Assembly (NCBI RefSeq): GCF_036321535.1
Contig: NC_087437.1
Location: 33,110,001-33,174,000, forward strand
Direction of reading: 5' to 3'
DNA: 64,000 bases
Source: Camelus dromedarius
Lineage: Eukaryota
A model generated the notes under the pieces. It was not told where the DNA came from. It worked only from the letters and a program-made list of their open reading frames with translations, and searched no databases. Of this stretch, positions 13,118 to 25,296 are shown one piece after another. The translations under genes were made by a program, and so were the position numbers. Numbering within the stretch: the stretch's first letter is position 1; the number at the start of each line of letters is the position of its first letter.

Positions 13118-14687
13118 TAAGTAAATAAACTTTATTGTATTTTTGAAAAATCAAAAACAGTCTTCTAGGTATCAAATCATTTTTTTCTGTGTTTCATTTT
13201 CGTTACAGTCTTACTTTTTCTGATTAAGCTTTCCATCTCATTTAGAATCTTTAATTCATTAAGTTGAAGAGCTATAAATGTATGCTATGACAATGAGGGG
13301 AAATAATTCTGTGTCTGAATCATAGTTATTACATTTCTCTTGATAAATTGAAACTACTTAATTGATCGTAATCAGCAACTGAAATTTGTAGTAGTTGTCA
13401 GGGATTGATGCAAGTTTTAGGTGTTCTGTTGCAGTAGAATGACCATTCATTAAGACTCCCAGTCCCTGGGTGCTGCCATCATCTTTGCTACTGATTCAAA
13501 TGCTTTTTGGTAAACCCTGGTGTTCAGAACCACTTTCTTCATTTTAAACTGAGCATATAATACTTCAATTTGAACCCCTCACAAATTGAGGATCAGATAA
13601 GACTGTGACATTTCTTTGGAAAATGTGAAGAGCTTTACACATATGATGGGCTATTAGTGTTTTGTTTGCTTTCTGGGTCACTGGCTTTAAGACTGTTGTA
13701 AAAATCTTTAGCAACTGTCTATTCTTATAGATTGAGGTTTTTAGGTTTTTTAGGAATCTTCAATAATAGATCATAATTTTGGTTTCAGTATTTTGGTAGC
13801 TTTTTTTGTGATTAGTATATTTCATTCATTACCCTTTATTTCAAGACAGTATTTTGTCATTCACACTTTGAAATTATCTTCTAAAAGATTAATGTAGGTG
13901 AAGGAAAGCTTAGATATTTCTCAACACTGAGAGTTTACAGTTTTAAAATGTCAGAAATATATTGTGCTACATGTGCAGCTGTGTGATTGTCTTGCCATGA
14001 AAAACTAACTTGAATTGTAGGAGCACTACAAATATTTAAGTGACTGAATGGAAAAGAACTGCACACTTACCAAACTGTAGTCTTTAAATAGGTTTATTTT
14101 ATTGATATCATCATACCTCAGTAAAGCTGCTTTTTGAAAAAGAACTTGTTTGGAAAAATGAAAGTACCTTTTACTTTTAGTTCTTACTGACATTGTGTAA
14201 CACTAAAGATATTATGTAGTGATCTGCCAGTGAAGCAGAGCAGTGATAGGTATACAGAAGGAGCTCAAGACACAGCTGTTAATTAGATGCCAATTTTGAT
14301 GGAGGTTTTCTTTTCGGGAGTTTCTCAGATTTACCTTTCCTGTTTCCTCGTTATAAAATTAAGATCATGCTGTCTCTATAATGCTTCGTGAGAGTGTATA
14401 ATTACTGATGAGGTTATGAGAAAGTGATTGCTGGCACTCTCATCATCATTTTCTAACCAGCTCACACCTTTAAGTAATATGCTTTTCCAAGGGATTGCTC
14501 ATCTAGAGGCCACAATAATAAAACTTAAATGGTAAGGCTGTCCAACTTTTTTTTAAAAATTTAAGGAATGAAATATAGCATAAATGAAAATGTTAAACTC
14601 CTGAATACTGAGACTTTGGGGGGTTCGTGGTAATGCACCTGCAAGTGCAACCCACCTGCTCCAGAGGTTATGTTCATTCACTAACAG

Positions 14688-14832
14688 GGGTTTCTGGATG
14701 CGTGCGAGAAGGGCCCTCTGTCTGGTCACAAGCTCTCTGGGCTCCGGTTTGTCCTGCAAGATGGAGCACATCACATGGTGGATTCCAATGAAATCTCTTT
14801 CATCCGTGCAGGAGAAGGTGCTCTCAAACAAG
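14688..14832 (+). CDS. GFM1: GFM1 coding exon (exon 15 equivalent), 145 bp
   Basis: ctaacAG|GGGTTT...AAACAAG|GTatgc; [48 protein letters not shown]. Confidence 0.97.
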
Positions 14833-16074
14833 GTATGCTGCGTCTGGCATTTGCCGTGTCCCTATGTCTGTTTCCCTGGTGGACCATCAGCCCCAGAAGG
14901 CAGTACTGTGCTGTTTAGGTCTTCTCCCCTCAGTGGTAGGCAGCACATCAGGGAACATGATCAGTTCTGGGAAAATATTCATAGAATCAGAGTGAGAATA
15001 CATTGCTATGTCTTCTTTCTCATAAAATTAAAATCCTACTTTGTTCTTTCTAAATTATCTGATATTTTTCATAGATAATCTGTAAGTTCCATTTTTAATG
15101 GAAAAGAAGACAGAAATGCTCAGAATTCTAAGAAATATTTTGAAGAAACATTATAGTCATGTTATTTTTAGTGACTTATTCAGATGTCAGAAAATCCATA
15201 AATTTGAAATAACTTTTTGATGTATGACATTATAGGCTTTTAGGCATTTTGAGGATTGCAGAGTATTTTGAAAGAATTCGGTAAACCTTATTCACAGTGT
15301 AGACTTCTTGCTTAACTGCTGAAATCATCAATCTTTCTCACATAGAATAATATGTGTGTTAAAACCGTGATGGAACAGAACCCTAAGCAATTGCAGATGT
15401 ATCTGACTCATTGCTTTTAAGAGAAAAGCAAATAACAACAGGGCATCAGGGTTATTCAACAAAGGAGTTCCAAGTTCTATCTGGAAACCACAAAATTCAT
15501 TCTTTTTGTCATGTCTTCCATACCTGTTATAAGGTAATTCATTCATAATGTCTGCAAGTGTGTTTACACAGGAGAATTATGATTCACAAAACATTTCAGG
15601 AATATTTTTGGGGAAGAGGGTCAGGATGGACAGCAGAAAATTAATCTTAACACACCATTTCCAAGCATTTGGTAAATCAGGACTTACTGATTCTGTACAA
15701 ATTCTGGGCTTCATGTTGTTATGGGGCTGTTAGCCTTTGTGATCGGGTGTGCAGCAGTGGTTGGAGAAGGTTGCTCATTCCTTAACCAGACTGCTAATTT
15801 CTTATTTTACTTAAACTAATGGGAGCCACTAGTAATTTGTGATTTAGTTTCTCAGTGTGAAAGGGCGAGAGAATCCTCTATTTTCTTTACGCCAGCTAGC
15901 GATTAGAAATGTGATTGGAACCTGTGATCTGGAGACCTTGTCACAGTCTGACAATTGTGTTCACAGGAAAAGAGGGAAATAAAGTCATAAAATAAGACTT
16001 TGTTAGGCTTGATTCAGATGGTAACACCTGCCTCTTTAATAAATCTTAAACAAATTTGTTGTAATCACTTCATG

Positions 16075-16165
16075 GTTTTTTTCAGCTTTATTGAGGTACA
16101 GTTGACAAAGCTGTAAGATACTTAAAGTGTATAATACGATGATTTGATAAATGAATACATTGTGA
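16075..16165 (-). mobile_element. LINE-1 3' end fragment
   Basis: 'ttttttcagctttattgaggtacagttgacaaa...aaagtgtataatacgatgatttgata' is the reverse of an L1M 3' terminus. Confidence 0.6.
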
Positions 16166-19100
16166 TACTTTTTAGAAGTATAGTTAAAACAAATCAGAAA
16201 TCACCAATTGTTCTATGCTAGTTCTTGACTGGAGATTGGTAACTTTCCTGGAGATCTAGGTTACATAAGGCAAGGTAATTGGTAAAATCAGTTAACAAAG
16301 AACCTCATCCTTTTTAATTGTACCTATATGAAATATAAATAAATATAGATTATATGCTTATAATATACATATACATATTCATGAAGAAAGTCTGCATATC
16401 TATGAATATTAACTACACAGTTGAATATATACCATTTAGTTTTTAAATACTTCAGTGTGCAAATATTGTTATGTGTGATTGCCTGGTGGGGGTGCGAAGG
16501 AAAAGCATTAGATGATAACTGAATTGAGAAGCATTTTTTTTTTTTGCTAGATAAACATGTGCAAAATAAGCAGGGTGCTAGCATGAAAAATACATTACTT
16601 TTCTGTTTCATCATCTAATTCTTACTTCTCCATGATTGAAAGACAAAAATGTAACAGGGTATGAGGAAATTTTTCCACGCTCAAAATCAGCTTTTCATGC
16701 ATAGACTTCCATTGTATATTATGAGAGTTTTAGGGAGAAAATCTTGATAAATACACTTAGAATCAGATTAGCTTATACTTTTGAGCTATTCCCTGTTATC
16801 AAAATTGGAAGAAAAATAGTTCAAATTCTCATGTATTTTTCATTAAAAAAAAAAAAACTGGAACTATTTTCAGTCACAATTTAAACTTTGTCCTTGAGAT
16901 TAACCAGTGATATAACTAAAACTGAAATGTGAAATTGAGTGGATGTGACCATTTGCCATCAGTTTTTTTCTGGCCAGTTTTTGGGAAGACCACTATGTTT
17001 GGTCTCCCCCAGAAACTCGAACTTGTAGCTACTCTAGAAGAGAAGTAAAGTCCTACCCAGTGTCATGGCTAGCTCATTTCACTTAGCAGTGTCCCTTTTT
17101 AAATCTCTGGGCTTTGAGTTTGAACCCTGCCTCTACTTCATACTTAACTCTGTGGAAATGGGCAAGCCCAGGCTGCTTGGAGAGAGTAATTACACAATAT
17201 TAAATGAGAGTGTACTTGAGAACACTTGCACATCCACGTTTGGGCATAGTGAACGCTCATTCCCCTCACTCCCCTTCCCTTCGTGCTTTCACCTGGCACT
17301 GTGCCTTGCCACCCATTCCCCAGCTTTGTGTCTCAGAGTGATCATAGGAGCATTCAGTGATCACTTTTGTGCTGTTTATTATGCTGAGTACAGGAATTAC
17401 CATATCTGGTCTTCAACAGTTGAGAAAATTGTGACTCAAGAGTAGTTAACTGAATGGCCCAAGGTTCCATGCTAGTTAGTGGAGGTGCTAAGTGTTAAAC
17501 CCAAACCACAGCCCTAGCCCTTGACCACTTCCTCACACAACCTCTTTAGCACTTGGTGTGGTGTTATCAACGCTATCCTTAGTGGGCTGAAACAGAAATA
17601 TTACCACCTCTACCCACCAGTTTAGGCTTCAGAGGTTCTGTGATGACATTGGTGTTTTCATTTCCTGCCTTAAGACCACATGGATCTGCTTGAGGAAATT
17701 TGTTTTTGGGACTTGGCTGCCAGGTAACTATTTAAAAAATGGCAGGATGAATTAGCGCTGGAGTCTTGTCACACGGAATGCGGTTAGAGAAAGGCACGCA
17801 TAAGGGTGAGGTTCTTTGAAAAAATTGGGGGGTGGATTTTGGAGGAAAGAGGGAGTTTAAAAGGGAAGGAGCAGAGTAAGGGAATATGAAACTGAGTACT
17901 AGACCTGCTGTCCTCAACAATTAAGAGGTAGGCACTGTATACTTGGCCCCTTCCTTCCCTTTGGAATAAGACCCTTTCATACTCCAGCTCTTTTTTATTA
18001 CTAACCTGTTGCAAACACTATACAATGTGTGACTAAATCTTAATAAGTCTGCTCACATCGCTCTTTCTGGGTACCTTCTGCATTAATTACACTTACTAAG
18101 AGCCAAGGAAGCTCTGCTGTTGTAATAACCCAAGAAGTTACAAGAAATAGAGCTGCTTGTACAGTCCAGAATTATTAGTCTACTGCTATAAATATCTGTG
18201 TAGGAGGGTTCTGCAGGGTTTAGTTAATGAAACTTAGGACTCTACAAAGTTCAGTTATTCCTCTTTTCAGAACAAATTCATTAATTAGGACTTTTGTCAA
18301 AGATAGGTCTGAGCTAGAATAGATTTGAGTTAGAAAATATTTCAAGGAAATACAATTATATTAAATGACTGTTCCTTCCGTTATTGCACTTAAGGTAATA
18401 GTATCTTCAGAAGAAGTGCTTTAATGAATATACGAGAATAATTGCTGACTGGTTTATTATAAACAAATTGATGTTTGGAAAATTATGATTATTTTAAAAC
18501 AAAATATTTTCTTTGTCACCTTTTCTGTGTTTTGCTTAAAGTCTTTATTTAGAGATAACTCATCCAGTCTGGAGCTGAGGTATTATTCTGCATTATCATA
18601 ACGTCCAAATTAAATATGTTCCGGTTATGTCTAAGTGGGATAAAAGAGTGTACGTACACATTGGGGTTTAGTGCTTAAATGGCCCTTAGCTTCTAGGCCC
18701 ATGTTTTTATTTTGTAGGTGAAGAAACGCAAGACCGGGAAAGACTGCGTTTTTCTAAAAGGCATGTAACTTTTTAGAGGCAGAGCAGAAACTAAAAACTT
18801 GGTTTCCTAATTCTCAATTGGGTATTGAGATTGTTCAGCCTAGACAGATCCCAGGTGTGACTTGATTATTGTCTCCAAGAATAAATAACTATCTGCCAGG
18901 GACTAACAGGAAAGAATTGATTTACCTTGATCAGAGATGTGACAGTGTCTTTACTCCTGAAAGATTTCAGAAAGAATAAGTAACCCCCAGCTGCATAATT
19001 TAAACTGTAAAAGACTTGATCAAATGTTGTTGTAAGACTCCTTTGATATTATTCTCTGCAGCTTAATGATTTTTAAGGATAAAAATATGGTAATGGACAT

Positions 19101-19321
19101 ACTAATATTAGAATTAAGTGGTGTTTTACTGGAATTTCCATTTAGAAGAGTGACCGCTACTGCTACTAGAAAAATGAGTCCAGATCAAATATTTTAACCT
19201 CATCATTTGTGTGTGTACCTTTGGGAGAGTACTCTATCTTCCTTGTGTATATTTGGATAGAAAAGAGTCCCAGTTTGTTTAAAGATTAATAAACCAATTT
19301 ATTATTTTTTTTAAACCCCAG

Positions 19322-19482
19322 CCTTGGCAGATGCAACATTATGTATTCTTGAACCTATTATGTCTGTGGAAGTCATAGCTCCAAATGAATTTCAGGGAGC
19401 AGTGATTGCAGGAATTAACCGACGCAATGGAATAATCACAGGACAAGATGGAGTTGAGGACTATTTTACACTATATGCAGAT
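19322..19482 (+). CDS. GFM1: GFM1 coding exon (exon 16 equivalent), 161 bp
   Basis: cccAG|CCTTG...GCAGAT|GTaagt; (A)[53 protein letters not shown] (domain V motif LEPIM). Confidence 0.97.
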
Positions 19483-20240
19483 GTAAGTATTGTTGGTTCC
19501 TGACAACCTGGCTTTTATTAACCACAGGAGGAAATCAGATTAGCTTTTGTTTCTGGAAATCGTAGAGCAAATTGACACATTTCGCTGGCTATTTGAGTGT
19601 TGAGTTTGTGGCTTATATATGTGTGACAATTTCTGTAATTTTCTGTTAGAGCATCTTAAGTGCAAAAGCTAAAAATAAGATTTATTTCATGTACACTTTG
19701 TGAATATGTCATTTTCTTAGATGTATATAGTTCCATTTCTCATTATAGCTTTATTTGCATAGCTGTCTTATTATGCTCTAATTTATTGGGGTATTTAGTT
19801 CCCTTGCCTGTACCTTACTTGACTTAAATCTCATGGGAGAAAGGGTTTATTACGTTACCTAAGGCCTCCTGAAGACACTACTACCGACATGTCATTGAGG
19901 AGTCCTTAGGAAAGCTGTATTCACATTTTCACCCAAGAAACGTGTCTGAGCACTTGAGCTGCAGCGAGTGGAGTGGGATGAGAGGGAAGGCTGTTGGTGT
20001 CCACTCTGTGAAACTGGAAGATTTGCTTTCTAGTTGTGACTGTGAAATGAAATTATTTTCAAATAGGGTTTCTACTTGCAGTGAAACAAAAATAAATTTT
20101 TCTTTGACTTCTATCTTTTAAACCAGGAGTAGTTAGTAGAGACCTAAGTCTAAAAGAATTAAATTGCTAAGGCTTCTCTGTATTTTCCTCAAACATTTTT
20201 CAATAAGCAATGTTAAAGTATCTACTATGTTTATTTTCAG

Positions 20241-20294
20241 GTCCCTCTAAATAATATGTTTGGTTATTCCACTGAACTCAGGTCATGCACAGAG
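20241..20294 (+). CDS. GFM1: GFM1 coding exon (exon 17 equivalent), 54 bp
   Basis: tttcAG|GTC...GAG|GTaagc; VPLNNMFGYSTELRSCTE. Confidence 0.97.
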
Positions 20295-20379
20295 GTAAGC
20301 AGGTGCTTACGTTTTAATTCAGTGCTCGAGAGACCATCCTACAAGATGATCATTTTTATGAAATCTTGTCTTTATGTGA

Positions 20380-20577
<198 letters not shown>

Positions 20578-20752
20578 TTTTCTTCAGTTTTTTGACTGAA
20601 TATGCAAGGTTTAGATACTTTAATGGACTCTAATGGAATGAAACCTGGCTGAGAACAAGTAATTTTAGAAGCCCTTTCTATTAAATTCAGGAGCTTCTAT
20701 TATATCAAAGTCAATTCTATGTATGTCTCCTCTGTTGATTGGTTTTTACTCA

Positions 20753-21931
20753 AATAAAATATTACAGAAATACATTTAATATTGATTTAAGGGGGAAGAG
20801 GCTTATTTCTGTTATACTTCTAAGCTTAGAACGTGTATAAACTTCCAAATTTTTTATAAGAATTTTCAACATACAGAAAAGCTGAAAAAACAGTACAGAG
20901 AATGGCCATGTACCTTCCATCTGGACTCAACAGTGGACAATTTTGGTAACAGTTTGTTGATCAAATAATTTCCTTTGTCATGTTTGCTTTATCTGTTTGT
21001 CTGTTATCCATCTATGTCTTATACTTCCATTTTTTTAAAAAATTGTTTTCCTGAATACTTGGAAGTGAATTGCATATATCATGATACTATCTTGGATTGT
21101 CATCTTTTAGTTGGCAGCCTTTTTGTTTAAGAGTGGATTCCTTTGTGACAACGTGGATGACCCTAGAAGAGATTATGCTAAGTGAAGTAAGTCAGAGAAA
21201 GATAAATACTGTATGATTTTTACCTATAGGTGGAGTGTAAAAAAAACAAATGAACAAACATTAAAATGGAAGCAGACTCATAGATACAGAGAACAAACAG
21301 GTAGGTGTTTGTTAGAGAGGAGGGAGGAGTCAGGAGAGAGGAGTGAAATAGGTGAGGGAGATTAAAAGGTACATACTTCCAGTTACAAAATAAATGAGTC
21401 CTGGCGATAAAATTATTTTTTAAGGAATGGATTCTATATGATCTTAATAGAGAATGTTTTTCAGATTCTTTATTTGGAGATTAAAATGCTAGCTAGATTC
21501 CTAGCTATTTTATGTAGAGCTGATTGCTTCAATTTGTGGCTTCTGCAGATTTTTATCTGCTTGTTTTTAGGAGTGTAAATGTTACTTTTTGCAGACCTAT
21601 GAGGTGAAAAACAGACCCTTGCATATGCTTTTCTTATCTATATTCATTTTAGTGTTTCTGCAGCTCAAAATAATAAAAAATTTATAATTAACAGGCTTGC
21701 TGCCTAGTCTGTTTCATTCACCTTGTAAATGCTAGCTGAATTTGAGTCTGTTAGAATTTATCATGTATTGTATTCATTGAGATTGTGAAAGAACAAATGT
21801 TAAGCTTTTGTTCCTAGAATATGTTGGGCTTTGCCAGACAATTCCATCATATTCAGAATTGCTTCATCCAAAAATCATCTGATGTAATAGACATGCCCTA
21901 GTCCTTTCCCTTAGTGAATAATACAAATAAA
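20753..21931 (+). terminator. GFM1: Candidate GFM1 poly(A) signals (AATAAA at 20753, 21672, 21926)
   Basis: Canonical hexamers downstream of the stop codon; the 21926 site is followed by a T-rich tract. Which site is used cannot be determined from sequence. Confidence 0.5.
21141..21420 (+). mobile_element. LINE-1 3' fragment with degenerate target-site duplication
   Basis: 'tttgtgacaacgtggatgaccctagaagagattatgctaagtgaagtaagtcagagaaagataaatactg...' flanked by taagagtggattc (21128-21140) and taaggaatggattc (21421-21434). Confidence 0.75.
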
Positions 21932-24469
21932 ATAACTGGCTTAAATTTCTTTGTTTTTCTTGATTTATAGATTTGACTTTATAACTTAAGGTTCCTAGAA
22001 AAAAAAATCTTTAAAAAATATTGAGCAAGTGTTTTCAAGGCATTTGCTAAATGCTTGAAATGCATGATCTAATTTCGTTTTTACAACGCTATGAAAGTAA
22101 ATTACTAAATGTCCATTTTTGTAATGGAGGTGGCAGAAGCACAGAGAAGGTAAGTAACTTGTCTAAGATCATATAGCTCATTAACTTTTCAAATTGATAA
22201 TGCAGTTATTATACTCACCAAACCAACTGCATTTTCCCATAAATATATCTCTTGCTACAGTAGCATCAGGCCTGAAAAGTATTGTTGCTTTGGCATTTCG
22301 TGAGCATCTCACGGTATTGATAATGACCTTGAATAGTGTTCCTAATGAGGAAATACCTTCTTAGAACTTAGCACAGTTCCTCTGGTTATTGCCAACAGTT
22401 AGAAATATTAGAACATAAGATGGATAAATTTGGATTTATTTTTAACTTGGTCTGGTTATGATGGTATGGTTCCCGGAAAGAGTCTAGATATCTAATGTGA
22501 CACCAGCATTTCATAGGCAATGACACAGGCCCAGCTGGTGGGAGTAACTAGAACAGGATCACACAGGGGCCGATCCAGGACCAGAACCCACATCTCTTGC
22601 TAAGTCATTAGTCTGGTTATATCTTAAAGACCATATACCAGCCAAAGTCTCTACAAGGAAAAAATTAATGAGGATATTCATAAATAAGTTTCTTTTATAC
22701 TACTTTTATACTACTAAAGAATAATTATTGGCTAATTTAAAGACAGACAGTATTATTTGTGTTGGAGAATAGTGGCAGCACTAGGCAGTATTGCCCTGAT
22801 TCCCAATCCTGGCAGCACTTTAAAAATACCCAGGCCAACCCTTAGATACTCTAATTCTTTGGATCAAGAACAGAAGTTTTCTGGTTTATTCAAATATACA
22901 GACAAGGTTAAAGACCATTGTAATGTCACCTGCACCCCCAAAACATGAAATGCAGATGTGTCACACTATTAATATTTTGTGTGAAGTTAGAGTTCGGGCT
23001 GTTTCTTTTTAGTTTGATAACTTTACCCTTAAAGATACAGTTTTCTGTTATTCCTTTCCTCTTTGCTTACTCTTAGATTGTTTAGTTTGTGAAGACACTT
23101 AATCAATTCTGAAGCTTTAGGATTTTTTCAGATTTTAATGTTTTTGAAACCTGGATGAGTCTCTAAATTGATACCAGTGAAACAAGGCAGCCACCAGGTA
23201 AGTAGTACGTTGTGACATGTAGGAAAACATCCCTGTGTAGAAAACAGCTATTTGCGTTGCTAAAACTATACATTTTTATATTAGAGCTTTAATTGTTGCT
23301 TAGTGTCTTCAAGCACCACTGTAATGCATCATTGAAGTAGTTAATGTATTCACAGGCAATTTACTGTGAGCATTCGTAATTCAAATAAGCGTCAGGCAGC
23401 ATGTTAGGTGACTGTAGCACTTTGAAATCTAGGAAAGGTCACAGAACAGGTCATCGAATTTTCTAAGCTGTGAGAAATTAGTGTAGTAAACTCATGTCAT
23501 GGAAGACATTCGAGGGCTAATACAGAATCTTCCAACTGACTTTCAAAAGAATTTGTTTAACTTCTAACTGAATCATAATTCAGATAGGAAAAATGAAACT
23601 GAGTAGAATCAAATGGAATGCAGACAAAATCCTGGTGTTATTCTGTACATCTTAGAATTTCTGAAAATTCTGAAGAGAGTAGGAAAATCACTGTAATGCT
23701 GTATATAACTGCCACTGGGTCGGATTGAGTCTTAATTCTTTACTCATTGAAAAGAGGGCTTAGGGTATTTAGAAGGTTTAATTCTATGTCAAGACAGATT
23801 AAGTAATTTTTTTCTGTTAGCTAGCAAAATCGGTATTAATAGAATCAAGTCAGCAGTTTTAGAGTTTGTGCTAGAAAAGATGTTCTAGTGGTGATACTGA
23901 GAAATTTTTTCGTGGTTTAACTTTGTGGGTTTTGTGAATTTATAAATTCGGTAAGTTTTTGTATGTTTGTGTAGATATACTGAAGTCTGTTAAAGGGCCA
24001 TTTTAGATTCCTTGCCTGGTTGAATTATGGTCACATTTGTGAGCCTGATTTCACTAATAATGCCTTTATGAGGATGAGATCTGCCCCACCTCCTGGCTAC
24101 AGGTTTTCAGACATGGATATAAGCATTCATTAAATGATACTAACTTTGAGAGGCATATGCTGGCCCGTTTCCTGGATCGAATCTTCCTTCCTGGTTAGCT
24201 ACTCCACTGAATCTGATAATGGTATATGTTGTATTTGCTTTTATAAATTACTTAGGCCAACATTAGGTCCAGATTGTCCTTATAAATGAAAGTTGTAAAT
24301 ACTTTGTAAACTTTTAGTTACATCACTGTTTCATTTAATGTGTATTTGCAGACACTCGGCTTTATCTGTGAGATACTATATTTTTTTTTTGTAAAATTTG
24401 AATTACACAATATTTAGAGATCATTTAATCCCAGTTTAGCACAAATCTCTACAAACACATTTAACACAT

Positions 24470-24489
24470 TTTATTTAGAAACATTTATT
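24470..24489 (-). terminator. RARRES1: RARRES1 poly(A) signals (two AATAAA)
   Basis: tttatt at 24470-24475 and 24484-24489, ~520 nt past the RARRES1 stop codon. Confidence 0.65.
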
Positions 24490-25006
24490 TGAAAGTAGGT
24501 ATCAGTTAAAAAGGAATACTTGCTTGAAATCATAAAAAATTATAAAATTCCTTTTAAACAGGTAATTTTTTCCGTATAATTTGCTTTCACTGAAATATAT
24601 TCTCTCTTTAACATGTTAGGTAAAAGCATCATAAAATAGTTGGTTACAGTATATTCAAAATATTGAGAAATGCAGATTTAGAGATGTGACCATCAAGTCT
24701 ATTTTGTTGTGTTTTTTTAAATACTTACTGGTCCAGCTGCAGCACATAGTAATGAACTAGGTTTTGCAATTTAGGGTTGAGACCCTGAGGAACCTGCAGG
24801 GAGACTGTTTAGCACTGAGCAGAGTGTACGTGCTCCCAGAGTTAAAAGTAAACCAAACCAATCAAAAAACAGAAACCCCAACATCTTTTGAGTATTTACT
24901 TGTAATCCCAGGCTTCCCTAAATTACCAGAATGCCTTATACCTTGGCTCTTTTACTAGAGTAATGATTTCGGCTATTTAGTATAGTCATTTGGTGTAAGC
25001 AGATGA

Positions 25007-25156
25007 TCAGAAATTACTAAGCTCTGTTGGTGCCACAGCTGATCCCTCTTCGGTTCCAGAGGCTTCTTCTGGTGTGTGTGGCTCTTGACAGTGGTCCTTC
25101 ACTTTCAGTGGTTTGCCAGGGTACCAGACCAAGTGAATATGACAGGGAATGATTTC
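25007..25156 (-). CDS. RARRES1: RARRES1 exon 6 (terminal), 150 bp incl. TGA
   Basis: ccAG|GAAATC; EIIPCHIHLVWYPGKPLKVKDHCQEPHTPEEASGTEEGSAVAPTELSNF*. Confidence 0.96.
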   Translation of the reverse strand, partial: EIIPCHIHLVWYPGKPLKVKDHCQEPHTPEEASGTEEGSAVAPTELSNF

Positions 25157-25233
25157 CTGGGAAATAAGAGTTCTAAAATGATGATCTACAAAAACTTCCG
25201 GCTAAAACAGTTCCGTATACTGTTTTGTTTTAC

Positions 25234-25296
25234 CTGTGTTGAGAATTCATGAAGTAGAACAGTATAACCAAAATCAATTGCATCATCATTTGTTTT
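25234..25296 (-). CDS. RARRES1: RARRES1 exon 5, 63 bp
   Basis: ctAG|AAA...CAG|GTaaaa; KTNDDAIDFGYTVLLHEFSTQ; followed by a 77 bp intron. Confidence 0.96.

Noticed and set aside
14698..15078. 126 aa ORF overlapping a GFM1 exon
   Set aside because: An alternative frame of exon 14688-14832 running into the intron; the true frame is fixed by splice phase and EF-G motifs.
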